This document shows positions 25,201-38,039 of a DNA stretch of 64,000 bases, piece after piece (position 1 is the first letter of the stretch; every line of letters begins with the position of its first letter). This DNA is from Gnetum montanum. Its lineage: Eukaryota; Plantae; Gnetophyta. The DNA lies in NCBI GenBank assembly GCA_015680685.1, contig MNCI01000690.1:336487-400486 (forward strand). Reading direction: 5' to 3'. The notes under the pieces were generated by a model that was not told the origin of the DNA, ran no database searches, and worked only from the letters and a program-made list of their open reading frames with translations. The position numbers were made by a program, and so were the translations under genes.

Positions 25201-28200
25201 AGGAAGTTCAACGTATACATCATCATAATTACTAGCAACTATTGTTACAACAACAAAACTAAAAGCTATTTCATCTTATTCCTTAACGTATTGCCTCTCT
25301 CCTAAAAGAACTAAGGAAGCATTAAGTGAACTTTGCAACCTCACTTATTTAGCTATCATGGGAATCAACTCATGGATCCTGTCCAATTTAGCTATACTCC
25401 ACACATTTCTTGCTTCATAAACTTGAGCACCATTATCAAAATTCCAAGGTCTACCAAGAATACATTAGCACAATCTATTGGAAGTACATCACACTTCACA
25501 ACATCATGAAAACCTCCAATTTTAAATTCCAATGTGCATTGTTCCTTCACCTCTCAGGAAAAATATCTAGATAACCAATACACTTTATAAGGTCTAGGAT
25601 GAGAATTAGTTGCCAAATCTAATCTAGCAACTACCCTAGAAGAAATAACATTTTCTTGGGCTCACCCATCAATCAAAACATGAATTCATTCCTTACTAAG
25701 AAAACATCTATCCCTAATATGAAACAATAGTTTTCTATCAGGATGACCTCCTCCATTTACATTTCTCATGACAAGAGTTTAATTCAAAAACATCCTCAAT
25801 TTTTGGAGTATTAGGATTACCTCTCTAAAGACCTTGGCTTGATATCTCCCCCACCTCCATGGTTTGCACATATTTATCCTTGACTACCTTGTGAAGTGAA
25901 TAGTCCCATTACTTGTGTCCCTATTCTTCACACTTGAAGCATTGGATTTTTGATGAGCTACTGCCTTGACCATTGTGTCTCTTATATTGGTCCTTCTTGG
26001 CCTTGCCCTTCTCATCATTTCTTTTAGTCTTCTTTTCATGGATGTCATCCTTATCTTTAAATTTGGACTTAGATCCCTTTTTAGATTTAGATCCCCTCTC
26101 CTTCCTCTTGAAAGTTTGTTTGCTTTTGTTCCCAAACCCACTTAATTTCTTTTCAACCTTGAGTGCTAAATCATAAGCCTCATCAAGACTTCGCTTTTCA
26201 TAAAAAGATAACTCATGTTGGTATGACATTTTGAAACCTTCTAAAAAGATTAAAGCCTATTCGTATTCCTCCCAATTTACCTTAGCTTGATGGAATAGAT
26301 CACAAAATTTGATGTAGACTTCTTTGACATCCTTATCACCTCGTCTTAGAAATTTTAACTTCATAATGGTCTCCTATCTCTGATAGGATTGTTCAAATTT
26401 TCTTCTCAACTTGTATTTCATCAAATTTCAATCTCTGATGGGTTGACGATTTCATCTTTCATAACACTAGGATTCATTTTCCCATCAACTAGAAGTCATA
26501 CCTTCTAATTGAGATTCTGCAATAGTTACCCTCAAGTTATTTGGTACCTCTTCCAACTAGAAATGCTTCTCAAGTGCCTTTAGCCAACTTGCAAAAGCAT
26601 TAGTACCATCTACATCATTTAAGATATTCAATTCCACATATGGAGGTTTTGCGACATTTTTGAATGCTTTAGTAAGGCTTGCCTCATCTTCCTCATTAGG
26701 CTTGCTTGAAGAAGAAGTATTTACCACTGTTGGAGCCCTCAGAATTTTCATATAGGAAATAGGCCCTCTTTTCATTAGAATCATTAGTTGATGGGTTCCT
26801 ACATTCACATAGTTAGATTATCCTTCATTATCATCAACTCTATCTCCACCTAATTGTGAAACTTCTTCATCTAAACATGCATGCTCATCACCTTCATGTG
26901 TCTAGATATGGCTAGGACTAGTATTTTTCTCTAACTTTGTGTTGATTTCATCCAATTGAGAAACCATCATTTGGAAGGTACACTTCATGTTCTTCATGTC
27001 TCTATTTAGTACCTACACCTGTTTCTTCTTAGGCATCGTCTGAAATTGGCAAAATCCTTAACGAATTTCAAGCAGTAATAAATATAAAGTTCTTATACCA
27101 ATAACGCTAGAGCAGGTTCACTCAACTAATCAATGACCTTCGAATACTAAATCCAGACATTATGCAAAGATAAAACTTTTTTGCTAGAAAACATGAAAAC
27201 TTGCTATCTTCAATTCATTAATTAGAAGATTACAATAGGGTTCCCAAAACCCACAAATATCCAAAACCTTTTACACTCAAACAATATTGTAGAGCATGAA
27301 GCTCTACAACCACACAATGACTATTCTTCATGTAAGACATAACTAATAGAGAGATTCTCCTACAACTTGGGAATGAGATCTCAATATAAAAGCAAGACTC
27401 AAAAAACATAGGCCAACACACAACATAATTAACCTTGAAGTTGCAACCACTATTGATAGCAGCAACGTACCCCTACGCCCAACCATACGAATCACAAGTG
27501 TTCATGTGCAATCTAGCTAAATTTCACAGATTATAATTACTAAGTACATAAGGGCTAAACAGTGTGTGCCTGTTGTCCGTTTGTTGTCTTCCCAGTCCCA
27601 CTTGTGGGATGCAATTGTATGGTTAAGTGTGACTAAGGCATAAGATTTTTATTATTTTGTGTTTTTATGGAATTACTCACCTAGAACAAGAATAAAAGTA
27701 AGAGTGATTAAAAGTAAGAGCGATGAATTGCTCAGTAAACTATAGTCTAATCTAGCCTAACATAAGTAACCATTCCCACTTCCCGAACACCTCCTGAACT
27801 TTGTGCAAACTCTGTTAGCTATCAAATGCTAGTTGTTTCTGAGCTACCAAGTGTCACATGTATGCTCGAAGGGATCGTGCTTGTGTATCTTAATAAGTTG
27901 CTTGATTAATCAAGATTAATTACTACATAAATAACATTAATCTAAATTGCATGAAATATAAATGCATAGGAAAGAAAGTCTCAAGCGCTGCAAGGAATGG
28001 ATCAAAGAGTTCATCTTTATTGCCAATACAATGGTGTGTTCAAGTACATCAATGCTTAAATAAAGATTTGTTCACACTTAGATCTCTTGCTGCAGGAACT
28101 TGGAAAATATTCTAACTCTCAAATGGACAAACTACAAGAGTTTCACTACTTGACTACCAAAAACTTACCCCCAATTGTACACCTAGGTGCTATATTTATA

Positions 28201-28880
28201 GACCCAAGAGTAACCCTGTGATATCGAATGTACGATATCAAATCTTGGGCCACGATACCATGGCTACCTCGATATCAAAGCATTGAGAAACACAATTTAT
28301 CAACTATGCACTCACTTAATGTTCTCTTCCACACCTTGCCCAAGCTCTCATCTTATCAAGAGAACTCCCTGAGAAATCTCCTCTCATAAATATTTCTCTT
28401 TTCAAACATTAAATAATCTATATTTATTAGAAAACAAGACAAGAAAAACCATAGGAAAATTTCCTCAAGCTCCAAGATCCTTCATTGTTTTCCATCCTTT
28501 CCTATCTTCTTCCACTATTTCCTGAATTAGAGCACTCAATTTCAAAAATTTCATAGCTGTACAGGTCATCTTTGGCCTTTGGAAAACATCTCTTGATGAA
28601 AACCTAGCTTTTAGCCAATACATCTCCTCCTTGGTCAAGAAGTCTCCTCGTGGCCCAAGATGTCTTGCTTGAGATGTCTCCTCTCTTCACAAGACATCTT
28701 ACCCAAGATGTCTTCACTTTGCATAAGACATCTCTTGTCAATCCCAAGATGTATTATGTGAAGACTTCATTTCTAGCCAAGACAACTTCTTAATCTCCAA
28801 GACATCTCCACAAAGCCCAAAACCTACAAAACACACACATAGGAATCAACAAGGGAATTAGAAGAGGTGTTCCTACATCA
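22272..28880 (-). mobile_element. Decayed CRM-like chromovirus (Ty3/gypsy): 5' LTR 27102-28880, PBS, gag-pol, chromodomain; 3' LTR almost entirely missing
   Basis: PBS TGGTATAAGAAC (27089-27100) and gag ATG at 27036. Zinc knuckle IQCFKC, RT VMLVPK...EWRMCIDSR.VN / KSGYHQIKIRPGDEWK.TFK.PDGLFE.LVMPFGLTNA, and integrase PWETVSMDFVSG.PK. Chromodomain HEYLIHWKDQFVDDAVWVHE near 22365-22430. Confidence 0.9.
27454..28302 (-). mobile_element. Athila-type solo LTR (subfamily A) inside the CRM-like 5' LTR, with TSD ACTAT
   Basis: TGATAG...TTATCA termini, ACTAT on both sides (27449-27453 and 28303-28307), and the shared GTACCCCTAC.C.CAACCATACGAA end. Confidence 0.9.
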
Positions 28881-29771
28881 CTAACCTCTAGTAAGTCATT
28901 AGTTACACTACCGAAGTTAGTGTCTTAAGAGAGGTAGAATGGTCATTAAGAGTTTAGGTAATATAACTAGTCGTTACTAATCCAAAATCAGTTGGAGAAT
29001 TAGTTGATGAGCCAAAATGATTAAGAAGATGTATACTAATTCAACCTACAACCAAATTAAATAGTAGAACATCATGGAGAATCATTATCTTGTTATGACA
29101 AGAGATATGTAGCATGAGGAGAAATAACCTAAAAGAGAACCTAAGAATAAGAATGAAAATAGCAACATACAACATGCTTACAAGGTTCCTAGCCAATGGA
29201 AGATAACAATTGCTATGTCCACAATGGACCTTGGACTAACATGGGTATTGATACCCACATATCATGGTAGATTTACAAGGTTTGGACAATGATGTCTTGT
29301 GTTTACAAGAAGTTTTGCCATGGGAATTCTTATACCAATTCCAGTTGAATTTGAAAAAGTTGGGATATGAAGGTGTTTACAAGCAAAAAGGTTCTTATTG
29401 AAGTTCTTCTTTTGAGCTATATAGATTATCCTATTGCAAGGATCACAACATGGATTCTTGTGCAAGCTTTTATAAAGAAGCACAGTTCGAATTGGTACAA
29501 AGGTTTGAATGAAGATTAGAATATATGATATTTGAAATTCCAAAACTTCAAATGATGGGAAGAAAAGAACAGTCACAATTCTAAAGAAGCCACATAGCTT
29601 TGCAATTGATATATAAAATCCAATCATCAAAAAAATAGTATGTGTGATCAACACATATTTAATTGTCAAATTAACATGTCCAAATGTTAGACTCTATCAA
29701 GTGGCATACTTGATTAACCAAATAAAGGAAAGTTTTGAAGAATAAGTTATTCCTAACCTATATTAATATCA

Positions 29772-29995
29772 ATCCAGTGCCATTTATCCTCTATGGAGAC
29801 TTTAATGCAAACATTGGAAGTAGTGTTTATTAATTCCTAAAATATGGATGTGTAAAAGATCTAATGTTATTTATCCTTTGTGGAGTCTTTAATGCAAAAT
29901 TTGGAAGTAGTGTTTATCAATTCTTAAAATATGGATATGTATAAGATCCAATGTCATTTATCCTCTATGAAGACTTTAATATAAAAGTTAGTAGT
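29772..29995 (+). repeat. 87-bp tandem repeat (units at 29772, 29859, 29946; third unit completed at 36022-36060); whole block duplicated at 34985-35213
   Basis: ATTTATCCT(C/T)T(A/G)TG(G/A)AG(A/T)CTTTAAT recurs at exact 87-bp spacing. Confidence 0.95.
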
Positions 29996-32900
29996 TGATG
30001 AGTGGTGAGGTACCCCTATACTCAACCATACAAATACGAGCATTTCACGGGTGATCTAATCGAACTTTGCAGACGGACTAGTTGTGGTATCTAGATGGTT
30101 ATCCTTAGGTCGCAGTTTGCTATCTTCCCATCTGGACTAGTGTTAACTTTATCACGTATGGTTTAGTCTAGAATGAGGTGTCTGATGTGTTCCTATGTTA
30201 ATGCTACTCCTGAGTATGATGGTAAATAAGATTAACTAAGCTAAGAGAGAAAGGGTGAGAGAATCTAAGCTAGCCTAAGTGTGATGAGCATCCATTCCTC
30301 AATCATCCATACATATCTTGGACCTTGTGCACGACTACCACTGGGATTACCAAGCACAGATCCTAGGTACGCTACTGGGTTACCAAGTAGTCACACTTAA
30401 ATGCTCGTGATCAAGTTGTACTCATTCCGTGTTTAACAAGAGTGTAGTGTAAGGAGAGATTAACTAAAAAAGAAGTAAATAAAAATTAAGTAAATGATTA
30501 AGCTAAGTGAATGCTACAATGATGAAGTAATCTCGATCTTTATTTCTGGTCATGTGCGTGTCCAAGTACGTCACACTTGAATAAAGGTGTCATACAATTA
30601 CAATCACCACATTGCGGGCATACACTGGGAGGAAAAGGGTTGAGAGAAAAAACAAGAACTAAAATCAAAACTTAACTCTAAAAGCTCTTGCTTATCAGAG
30701 TTGTCTACCTCTTATTTATAGATGAGGAGACAGGCTACGATATCGCAATTAACTAAATGGCAACTCATCATACCCCCATGATTGAATGAAAACTCATCCT
30801 TGAGTTACAATAAGAACAAGCTCCATTAATTACACAATGGATAGGTACGGTATTATTGGTTGACTAGAATGGATTCATGCCGCAGTGTGGAGTTAGAACA
30901 AAATTCAGACACAACACAAAATAAAATTCTATGTTTACAAAATTGGATGGAACTCATGTAGTTCCTGGTGGCGATGGCTCCTCCATGGGTGTCTTTCCCT
31001 TTTCTTGTGCTCCAAGTCTTGGGATTTGATAGTGTTGAAGTATGGCCTGGATTTTCTCCTCTTGTAAGGCCTTGAGTGCCTTGGCGTGTGTGTAAGTTTG
31101 CACTTGTGCCAGAGAGGCATCCTAGTCAGCCTTCTCTTTTTCTTCCACCACCCTTTTATTCTCTGTCAACAGTTTATTAAGTTGCTCAGTTTTGAAAGTG
31201 TCCAGCTGCTTCTGAGCAACCTTTGGCCTTATATTTGGAAGGTTTAATACTTCCGAAATGGCTTGAACAGAGAAATCAACAGTCACACCACAATTGTTAA
31301 CCGTGGTGCCTTCTTCTTTATTGTGCCAAAATTGGTACGTTTCCCCTAAGTACTAGGCACCTCTTTCAGAGAGGGTAGGCCATAATGGGGACACTGTGAG
31401 GTGATCCCTAACGGCCTTCAGAGCAAACTCTGCAAATGATCCAAAGTTTAACTCCACAATCACTGCAGTGAATGTGGACTTCTCGTGAATGGCCTGAACA
31501 CAATCCTGGGGCAACGTGAGATGTTGTCCTTGTTCAACTGCAGTAGCCACTCCTCCTTCTGCCTGCCTTGATTGTACAGTAGCAGGGTCCTCTTGGTGGA
31601 TGCTAAATGATTGTTCCTCCTGCTCTGCATGTTGTTTAGCAGGATCTTGTCTTCCTCCTCTCCTAGGTCGTTTGCTCCCACCTTGAGTAGGACCTTTTTG
31701 TTGTCCACGTTTTGGGGCCATCTACAATCACATGAGGCCAATCGTTAGTAAGGTTGTTACCAAAGTTAGGTTATACCTTACTACTTTCCTTAATAGATTT
31801 ACCTTATTTCTATGTGATGTTAATTATTAGAAGAACATGTCACCGAAAGATTATAATGTTGAGTCCTCTTTGCTTATGTGGTTTCCAAACTTAATTTTCT
31901 AGTATAGCTAAGGGGATGAAATTATTTTTGACACATTTTATTCTTAATTTTACAACTAATTACCCCTAAAGATGTCCTTCGGGTGATGATGAATTTCAAA
32001 AAATTTATGTGCTATTTGGCGTGTGCCCCTCCTCCCACAACTAAGCTGAACACTCCAGGTTCAAGTAGGTTCAGATGGAATAAAAATCAGAGTACCAGCG
32101 AGTGAGATATAGGTAGAAAAGCAAGGGTCTCACAATTGCAAGTTGTAGAGAAAAATTTGAAAACTCCCCTGCGTGAATTGTGAAAACTGATGTTAAGTGT
32201 TGCAGAGGGGGGGGGGGGTCTCCTATTTATAGTTTAATGTGACACGATACCATGTACGTGATATCGCGTACACGATATCGTAGCCTATCGATGTTTAAGC
32301 CAAGGGAAAAATACCAAATTTTGAAGGTTTTTCTGGAATTAAAAATGGAAAGAAAGGACATGTGGGCACAAGTTAAAGGGTTCTAGGGTAATTAAGATAG
32401 TTCTAAAGGCACAAATAATTATGATGGTGTGGAATTTATCAATAAGGACCTCGGATGGAAGAAAAAGGTTCCGTGATGGTTCATAGGAACATTGAATTGA
32501 AGGGATAGTAATAAGGGAAAGAAGATTGCTGGCAATATGCTAAGGGTAATAGATGGTGTGTGTGAGTTGTATCATGAGTGAAAATTACAAGAGATTACAC
32601 AAGTGGGTCCTCCCCAAAGTAGGTTCCAACCTATAATGCCCTTGTGTAACCACACTTAAAAGTGTCCATGGGCACTATAAGGGTTAAATCTAATCCACAC
32701 TGACTCCACAAAACACACGCATGTAAATATCACCGAAATTATGAGGTAAGAATTCTACACTAGATGAGACACAAGTAACAATTACATGAACAACGAGATG
32801 AGACGGGGTATAGAAGGGATTGTAGAGATTAGGACATGAGGTAACTGACCTAGGGCACAATGAATCCTGCGTGAAAAGCATGATTAATGTGTCATTAACC

Positions 32901-35900
32901 CATCATTCCAAGATCAGAACCAAGTCCATTCCTCTTATCAGTGACACCGCATTGTTTCATCCCATGATGAGCGACTATGAGAGTACCCAAAACAACAAGG
33001 CATACGATCACTTGGCATTTTATTCAAGGGAGAAGTGATTTTTTTATTTTTTTTGCTTTGTGGCACTTTGCTTTTTGTTTTCTGTTTTCTTCTTCTTCTT
33101 CTTCTTTTTGATTGTTGAATCCAGAGAAGCCGCCAACCTTCAAGCATGGGTGCATGTCTTTCCAATGGGACCCCTTAGAACAACATTCAATTTTTGAGTG
33201 CCTTTTGATTACTCTTACTCCCATTTTGTGTTAGATCTACAAGGATCTTAGTACAACCATGTTGCGTGATAACTCTCACAGACGTCACCAAAGAGAATCC
33301 ACAAGCCCCCTTGATGTCACACCCTAATCATTCCCTCTTGGTCCATCCTTCTTCATTTCGAGTACAATAAACACAAAATTAATTTTAAGTTTTAAGAATG
33401 TCAAGAATATCACTGTACCCTCAAACAAAACCTCTTATTTGTAGAATGGATGAGTGGATGTAATGGCCTCACTGTCCAAAGAATTGATCACTCAAGACTC
33501 GATTACATAGAACACACCTCAACCAACGATTCACATGAGTGTTTTATTCATAGATGAGATTACTTACAAAAGTGTAAAAAGATAAAAAGACAAAATGATA
33601 AAACAAGAAATTGAAAATTGAAAAACTGGAAAATAAAAAAGTTGTAAAATTAAATAAAATAAAAAGTGGTTATTAATCCTGCTTGTTACTAGAATGGGGG
33701 ATATCCCCCATAACTAAATAGTTCAGCATGGCGAGGATTAACAAATGAAAGTTGAGGATCCTTGCATGTTGGAAATATTGAAACTTGGTCATACTTACCC
33801 CTTTGGGGTTCACACACCTAATTGTAGTAAGTGTAGTGGGGCAATTTATAAGATGTGGTTCCCTGGTAAGGAGTTGATCCACTATGATACTTGGGACCAT
33901 AAGATGGTATGCAAGGATCAGGATGTCGCTCTTCATGGCTGTATTCATTGGGCTGCATGGTTGTTGGAGTGTTAATTGATGGCCCTGATGAAGTAACATG
34001 AGGCATTGGGTTCGAAGATAAGGGTGCACCACAGTGTTGGACTTGTGCCAAGTTGGAGGATGTAGTGGCCTTAGAATTGTGTTGTCCCTTCCTAGGGTCA
34101 TTTCTAAAGAAGGGACGCCTTCGATGTTGCTAAGGTCTCTCGCTACTGTTGGCAATAGTAGCATAAGTAACGTTCGGGGGTTGTTGCTATGGTGTAGACA
34201 CCTTAGGAATAGTTGGTGGCAATGTAGAAGGAGGGAAAGGATGAGAATGTTGAAAATTAGGAGAAGTGTAAGGTGCACAAGGCGGTGGTTGTGTTGAGGA
34301 CATGGGCTGATAGTATTGAGGAGAATGATAATGCAGTGAGATATAGTATGTTGGCCCATTTAGAGAAATAGGGTATTGAACTAGATAAGCATTTGGATTT
34401 GGATGATATGAAGGGTGTCTCCAGTTTAGGGGTGGCTTCCCCACAACTGGGGTTGTTGCCACTGTGATCGCACACAGTGTCTCTGTATGAACTCTGGGTG
34501 TAACGTGTTTCCCCAATGCTCATATAAATGTAACAAGATTGGGCATTGGCCCTTGGGGTGATCGTACAGGAAAATGTTGCATTCATACGTGTGATTGGTA
34601 GTTGAGCTCTTATTTTCCTTATCCCTTCTTTCCGATTGTCTATTGATACTTTATCCTGCTTCTCGGGTTGTTAAAACTCTATCTCCAATAATATTGATAT
34701 ATTCTCCACACTTTTTATACGTCCATTCCAACATCTTATTAATCTTTGCCTCGACTTCCTCTAATGATTGTTGTACTGGCAAAGAAGGTTCTTCCACCTT
34801 GAGATTAGTTGATTTCTCCTTTTTGTGGTTATGGACCTTTGTTAAGTTGAGACTTTGGTCTCATTGATGTTTTTCAACATTCTCCCATCTAGCCATTTCT
34901 CCTTCTTCTTTTTGCTACCTGCTTGATAAGCTCTTGGACTTGATGGGTTCGTAGTTCATATAGTGCCATTTATCCAATGCCATTTATCAATCCAGTGCCA
35001 TTTATCCTCTATGGAGACTTTAATGCAAACATTGGAAGTAGTGTTTATTAATTCTTAAAATATGGATGTGTAAAAGATCCAATGTTATTTATCCTCTGTG
35101 GAGTCTTTAATGTGAAAGTTGGAAGTAGTGTTTATCAATTCTTAAAATATGGATATGTATAAGATCCAATGTCATTTATCCTCTATGAAGACTTTAATAT
35201 AAAAGTTAGTAGTTGATGAGTGGCAAGGTACCCCTACACTCAACCATACGAATACGAGCATTTCACGTGCAATTCGGTTGAACTCTGCAGACGGACTAGT
35301 TGAGTTGTGGTATCTAGACGGTTATCCTTAGGTCGCAATTCACTATCTTCCCATCTGGACTAGTGTTAACTTTGTCACGTATGGTTTAGTCCAGAATGAG
35401 GTGTATGATGTGTTCCTATGCTAATGCTACTCCTGAGTATGATGGTAAATAAGATTAACTAAGCCACGAGAGAAAGGGTGAGAGAATCTAAGCTAGCCTA
35501 AGTGCGATGAGCATCCGTTCCTTAATCATCCATACACATCTTGGACCTCGTGCATGACTACCACTGGGATTACCAAGCACAAATCCTAGGTACGCTACTG
35601 GGTTACCAAGTAGTCACACTTAAATGCTCGTGATCAAGTCGTACTCATTCTGCGTTTAATAGGAGTTTAGGGTAAGGAGAGATTAACTAAGAAAGCAGTA
35701 AATAATAATTACGTAAATGATTAAGCTAAGTGAATGCTGCAATGATGAAGTAATCTTGATCTTTATTTCCGGTCATGTGCATGTCCAAGTACGTCACACT
35801 CGAATAAAGGTGCCGTACAATTACAATCACCACACTATGGGCATACACTAGGAGGAAAAGGGTTGAGAGAAAAAACAAGAACTAAAATCAAAACTTAACT

Positions 35901-36021
35901 CTAAAAACTCCTGCTTATCAGAGCTGTCCACCTCTTATTTATAGATGAGGAGATAGGCTGCAATATTGTGTATGCGATATCGCATACGCGATATCATGGT
36001 TAACTAAATGGCAACTCATCA
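29996..36021 (-). mobile_element. Pol-less Athila element: LTRs 29996-30770 and 35214-36021, PPT, accessory ORF, gag C-terminal part
   Basis: Two highly similar TGATGA...TCATCA LTRs, PPT (TACCCCCATG on +) at 30771-30780 and TSD GTAGT/ATAGT. A gag-like C-x6-H-x4-C (YECNIFLYDHPKGQCP) lies near 34540-34590. No RT motifs were seen. Confidence 0.85.
30935..31721 (-). pseudogene. Athila accessory (env-like / Transposase_32-like) ORF with premature stops
   Basis: MAPKRGQQKG...SERGA* continues in frame as YLGETYQFWHN...GVTVDFSVQAISEVLNLP, resembling the G..V.FS...I...L.LP motif of Athila-type extra ORFs. Confidence 0.65.
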
Positions 36022-37164
36022 ATAGTGTTTATCAATTCTTAAAATATGGATATGTAAAAGAACCCTAAGAAGATGAATTTGATTTGAAGAAGATGTTCTC
36101 ATTAATTCAACATGTAATTCCATTGGCCAATGCATATTTTGTTTACTAAACAAGTCAAATCCTAAAATTTAAGAATAGATGATCTTGATGGACAGTACTC
36201 ATCAACAACCACAATTTATCAACTATGATAATGACTAATTAAAATAGGTTAACATCATTTTTAATTAAGAACCTAAACTACATTTGCTATGATACCTAAT
36301 TCTTTAAAGTTACAAAACTATTGTAGTTAATTTCTAAGGAAGAAAATGATAGGCAATATCAAGTCTTGTAATCTTGAATAAGACCATTCTATCATATACC
36401 ACTTATGGTAGAACTACAACTACTTCCATTAATCCTCGAGCATAAGAAGGACTTAACTTCAAGTCAAAAGGAGAAATTAAAGCATTGGAGTATAAGAGCA
36501 TGAAATGAAATATTGGATGGAAAAAGACAGTGAATGTGGATTAGTTTGAGAAAGAATGAAAACTAAGGGGACTAGATTGTTATATCATTGCATAACAAAG
36601 CTAGTGTCACTTTAGAATAAGTGTTGTAATTTTTGTAATAAGACCCAAAAGGGTAAGTTGTAATTAAGATTCAAAAGGACACATTATAATAAAGGGCATG
36701 TATATTGAGGTGACATTTGGGGGTTTGACATAAGGTATTTATACTCAGGCATTAGAGGTTGTATCAACATGGAGTTGCAAAGCTGGTAAAGGCAAGTAAC
36801 AAGTGCTAGGTGAAGCAAGATAGAAAGGTGTCCCTTTTGGCTGGTGATAGCCCTAACTATGGTGGTAATGCTAGATAGCCTCTAAGGGATAGATGCTAAA
36901 GGAAGACAACCCTAAGGAACACAAAGAGCATGATCCGAATACATTGTTCCACATTAATAAAGCATTCTTTTCAGTTTTCATCTACATTTTCTCTGTTATT
37001 TTCTGTGCATAATGTCAAATGTTACGCATATTTCCTATTTGCCACATTATCTTCTTTACGCATAATGTTGAATGTAATGTATATTTGGTGTTTGCTATGG
37101 TATGTGGGAACGAGATGTCATACTTTTGAATAAGGGTAAGGCCTAATCCTTTTCTTATTGCAAA

Positions 37165-37322
37165 GGGAAGCTTTTTCAGGATAGGGTGTAAGGATGAAAA
37201 CTTGAAAAGACATCCCCAAAATCGTTGGGCTTTTTCTTTAGATTCTCTCTTCGATGATCTAATGTACTCTAATTTTTTTAAAATATTATTATTCATTTTT
37301 TTATGGTTCGACACCCCCCTAC
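37165..37322 (-). repeat. Dispersed MITE-like repeat, inverted copy of 7365-7520
   Basis: The reverse complement aligns over about 150 bp with 7372-7520. Confidence 0.75.
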
Positions 37323-37426
37323 TTAAGTAGGCTATAATTGGCTTAATTTTTGTATCATTCATAGGCAACTCACATAAAGGTAATCACTTAAGCCATTCAT
37401 TGGTTTAACTTCTATATGGTTGAGAT

Positions 37427-37630
37427 AACAATGAGGTGTTAGCCTAGTGGTATAGGCTTGGTAACCCTAGGTCATAGGTTTGATTCTATTAGGTAGAACC
37501 AAGTTATAAACTTCTATAAATCTTAGGGTGTACCTATGTCTCACTTATTATAACTTAACATTACCCACCACTAGAATCAAACCCACAACTTAAAGCTTCC
37601 AAATCGAATCTTACCATTAAGCTAACTTGA
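37427..37630. mobile_element. Two convergent tRNA-derived SINE-like heads (37427-37515 on +, 37545-37630 on -)
   Basis: TAGCCTAGTGGTA...GGTTTGATTC on + and TAGCTTAATGGTAAG...GGGTTTGATTC on -. A third copy lies at 59310-59405. Confidence 0.55.
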
Positions 37631-38039
37631 AAATTATTCATACATGATTTCGATAATTTGTAACTCAATAAACTTAATTATTAAAATTAACTCCTATATC
37701 ATTCATAGCTAATTTATAACTTACATCTTGCACGTCACAAGTTCAATCATGGATGAAAGTGGCCGCTTATATATTCAAAAGACTCTTTTAAAAAGACCGT
37801 GAGATAATAGAAATGTTGAGAAAAAATAAACAAACGACCATAGGCTCAACCGAAAAGACAGACCATATATAAATTAATATTTGTTACTCGGGGTCCATGC
37901 CTGTTTGGTCATCCATAGGCAGGGTAAGGATTTCTTTCTTTCATGTTTTTGAAAAAATCTACCTGAAAAATAAAACTATGAGGTCACATCTCCTGCCTTT
38001 AATATTTGCAGTATCTTTTTTCAGATATTTTTGTACGGG

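Larger units (their letters stand above)
29200..36560 (+). mobile_element. Decayed LINE endonuclease region (probably RTE-X-like), split by the Athila insertion at 29996-36021
   Basis: DVLCLQE at about 29292 and FILYGDFNANIGS at about 29782. The sequence resumes at 36022 and resembles the LINE at 52400-56180. Confidence 0.6.

Noticed and set aside
29262-29669. 135-aa hydrophobic minus-strand ORF as a membrane protein
   Set aside because: It is antisense to the LINE endonuclease remnant, and its hydrophobicity follows from T-richness.
33673-34359. 228-aa ORF and overlapping ORFs as a host gene
   Set aside because: They lie inside an Athila element in low-complexity sequence open in several frames, with no recognisable domain.
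37427-37630. Functional tRNA genes (also 7240, 40468, 51208, 59310)
   Set aside because: Only A/B-box-like remnants are present. No complete cloverleaf or acceptor stem could be formed, and the copies are mutually divergent.
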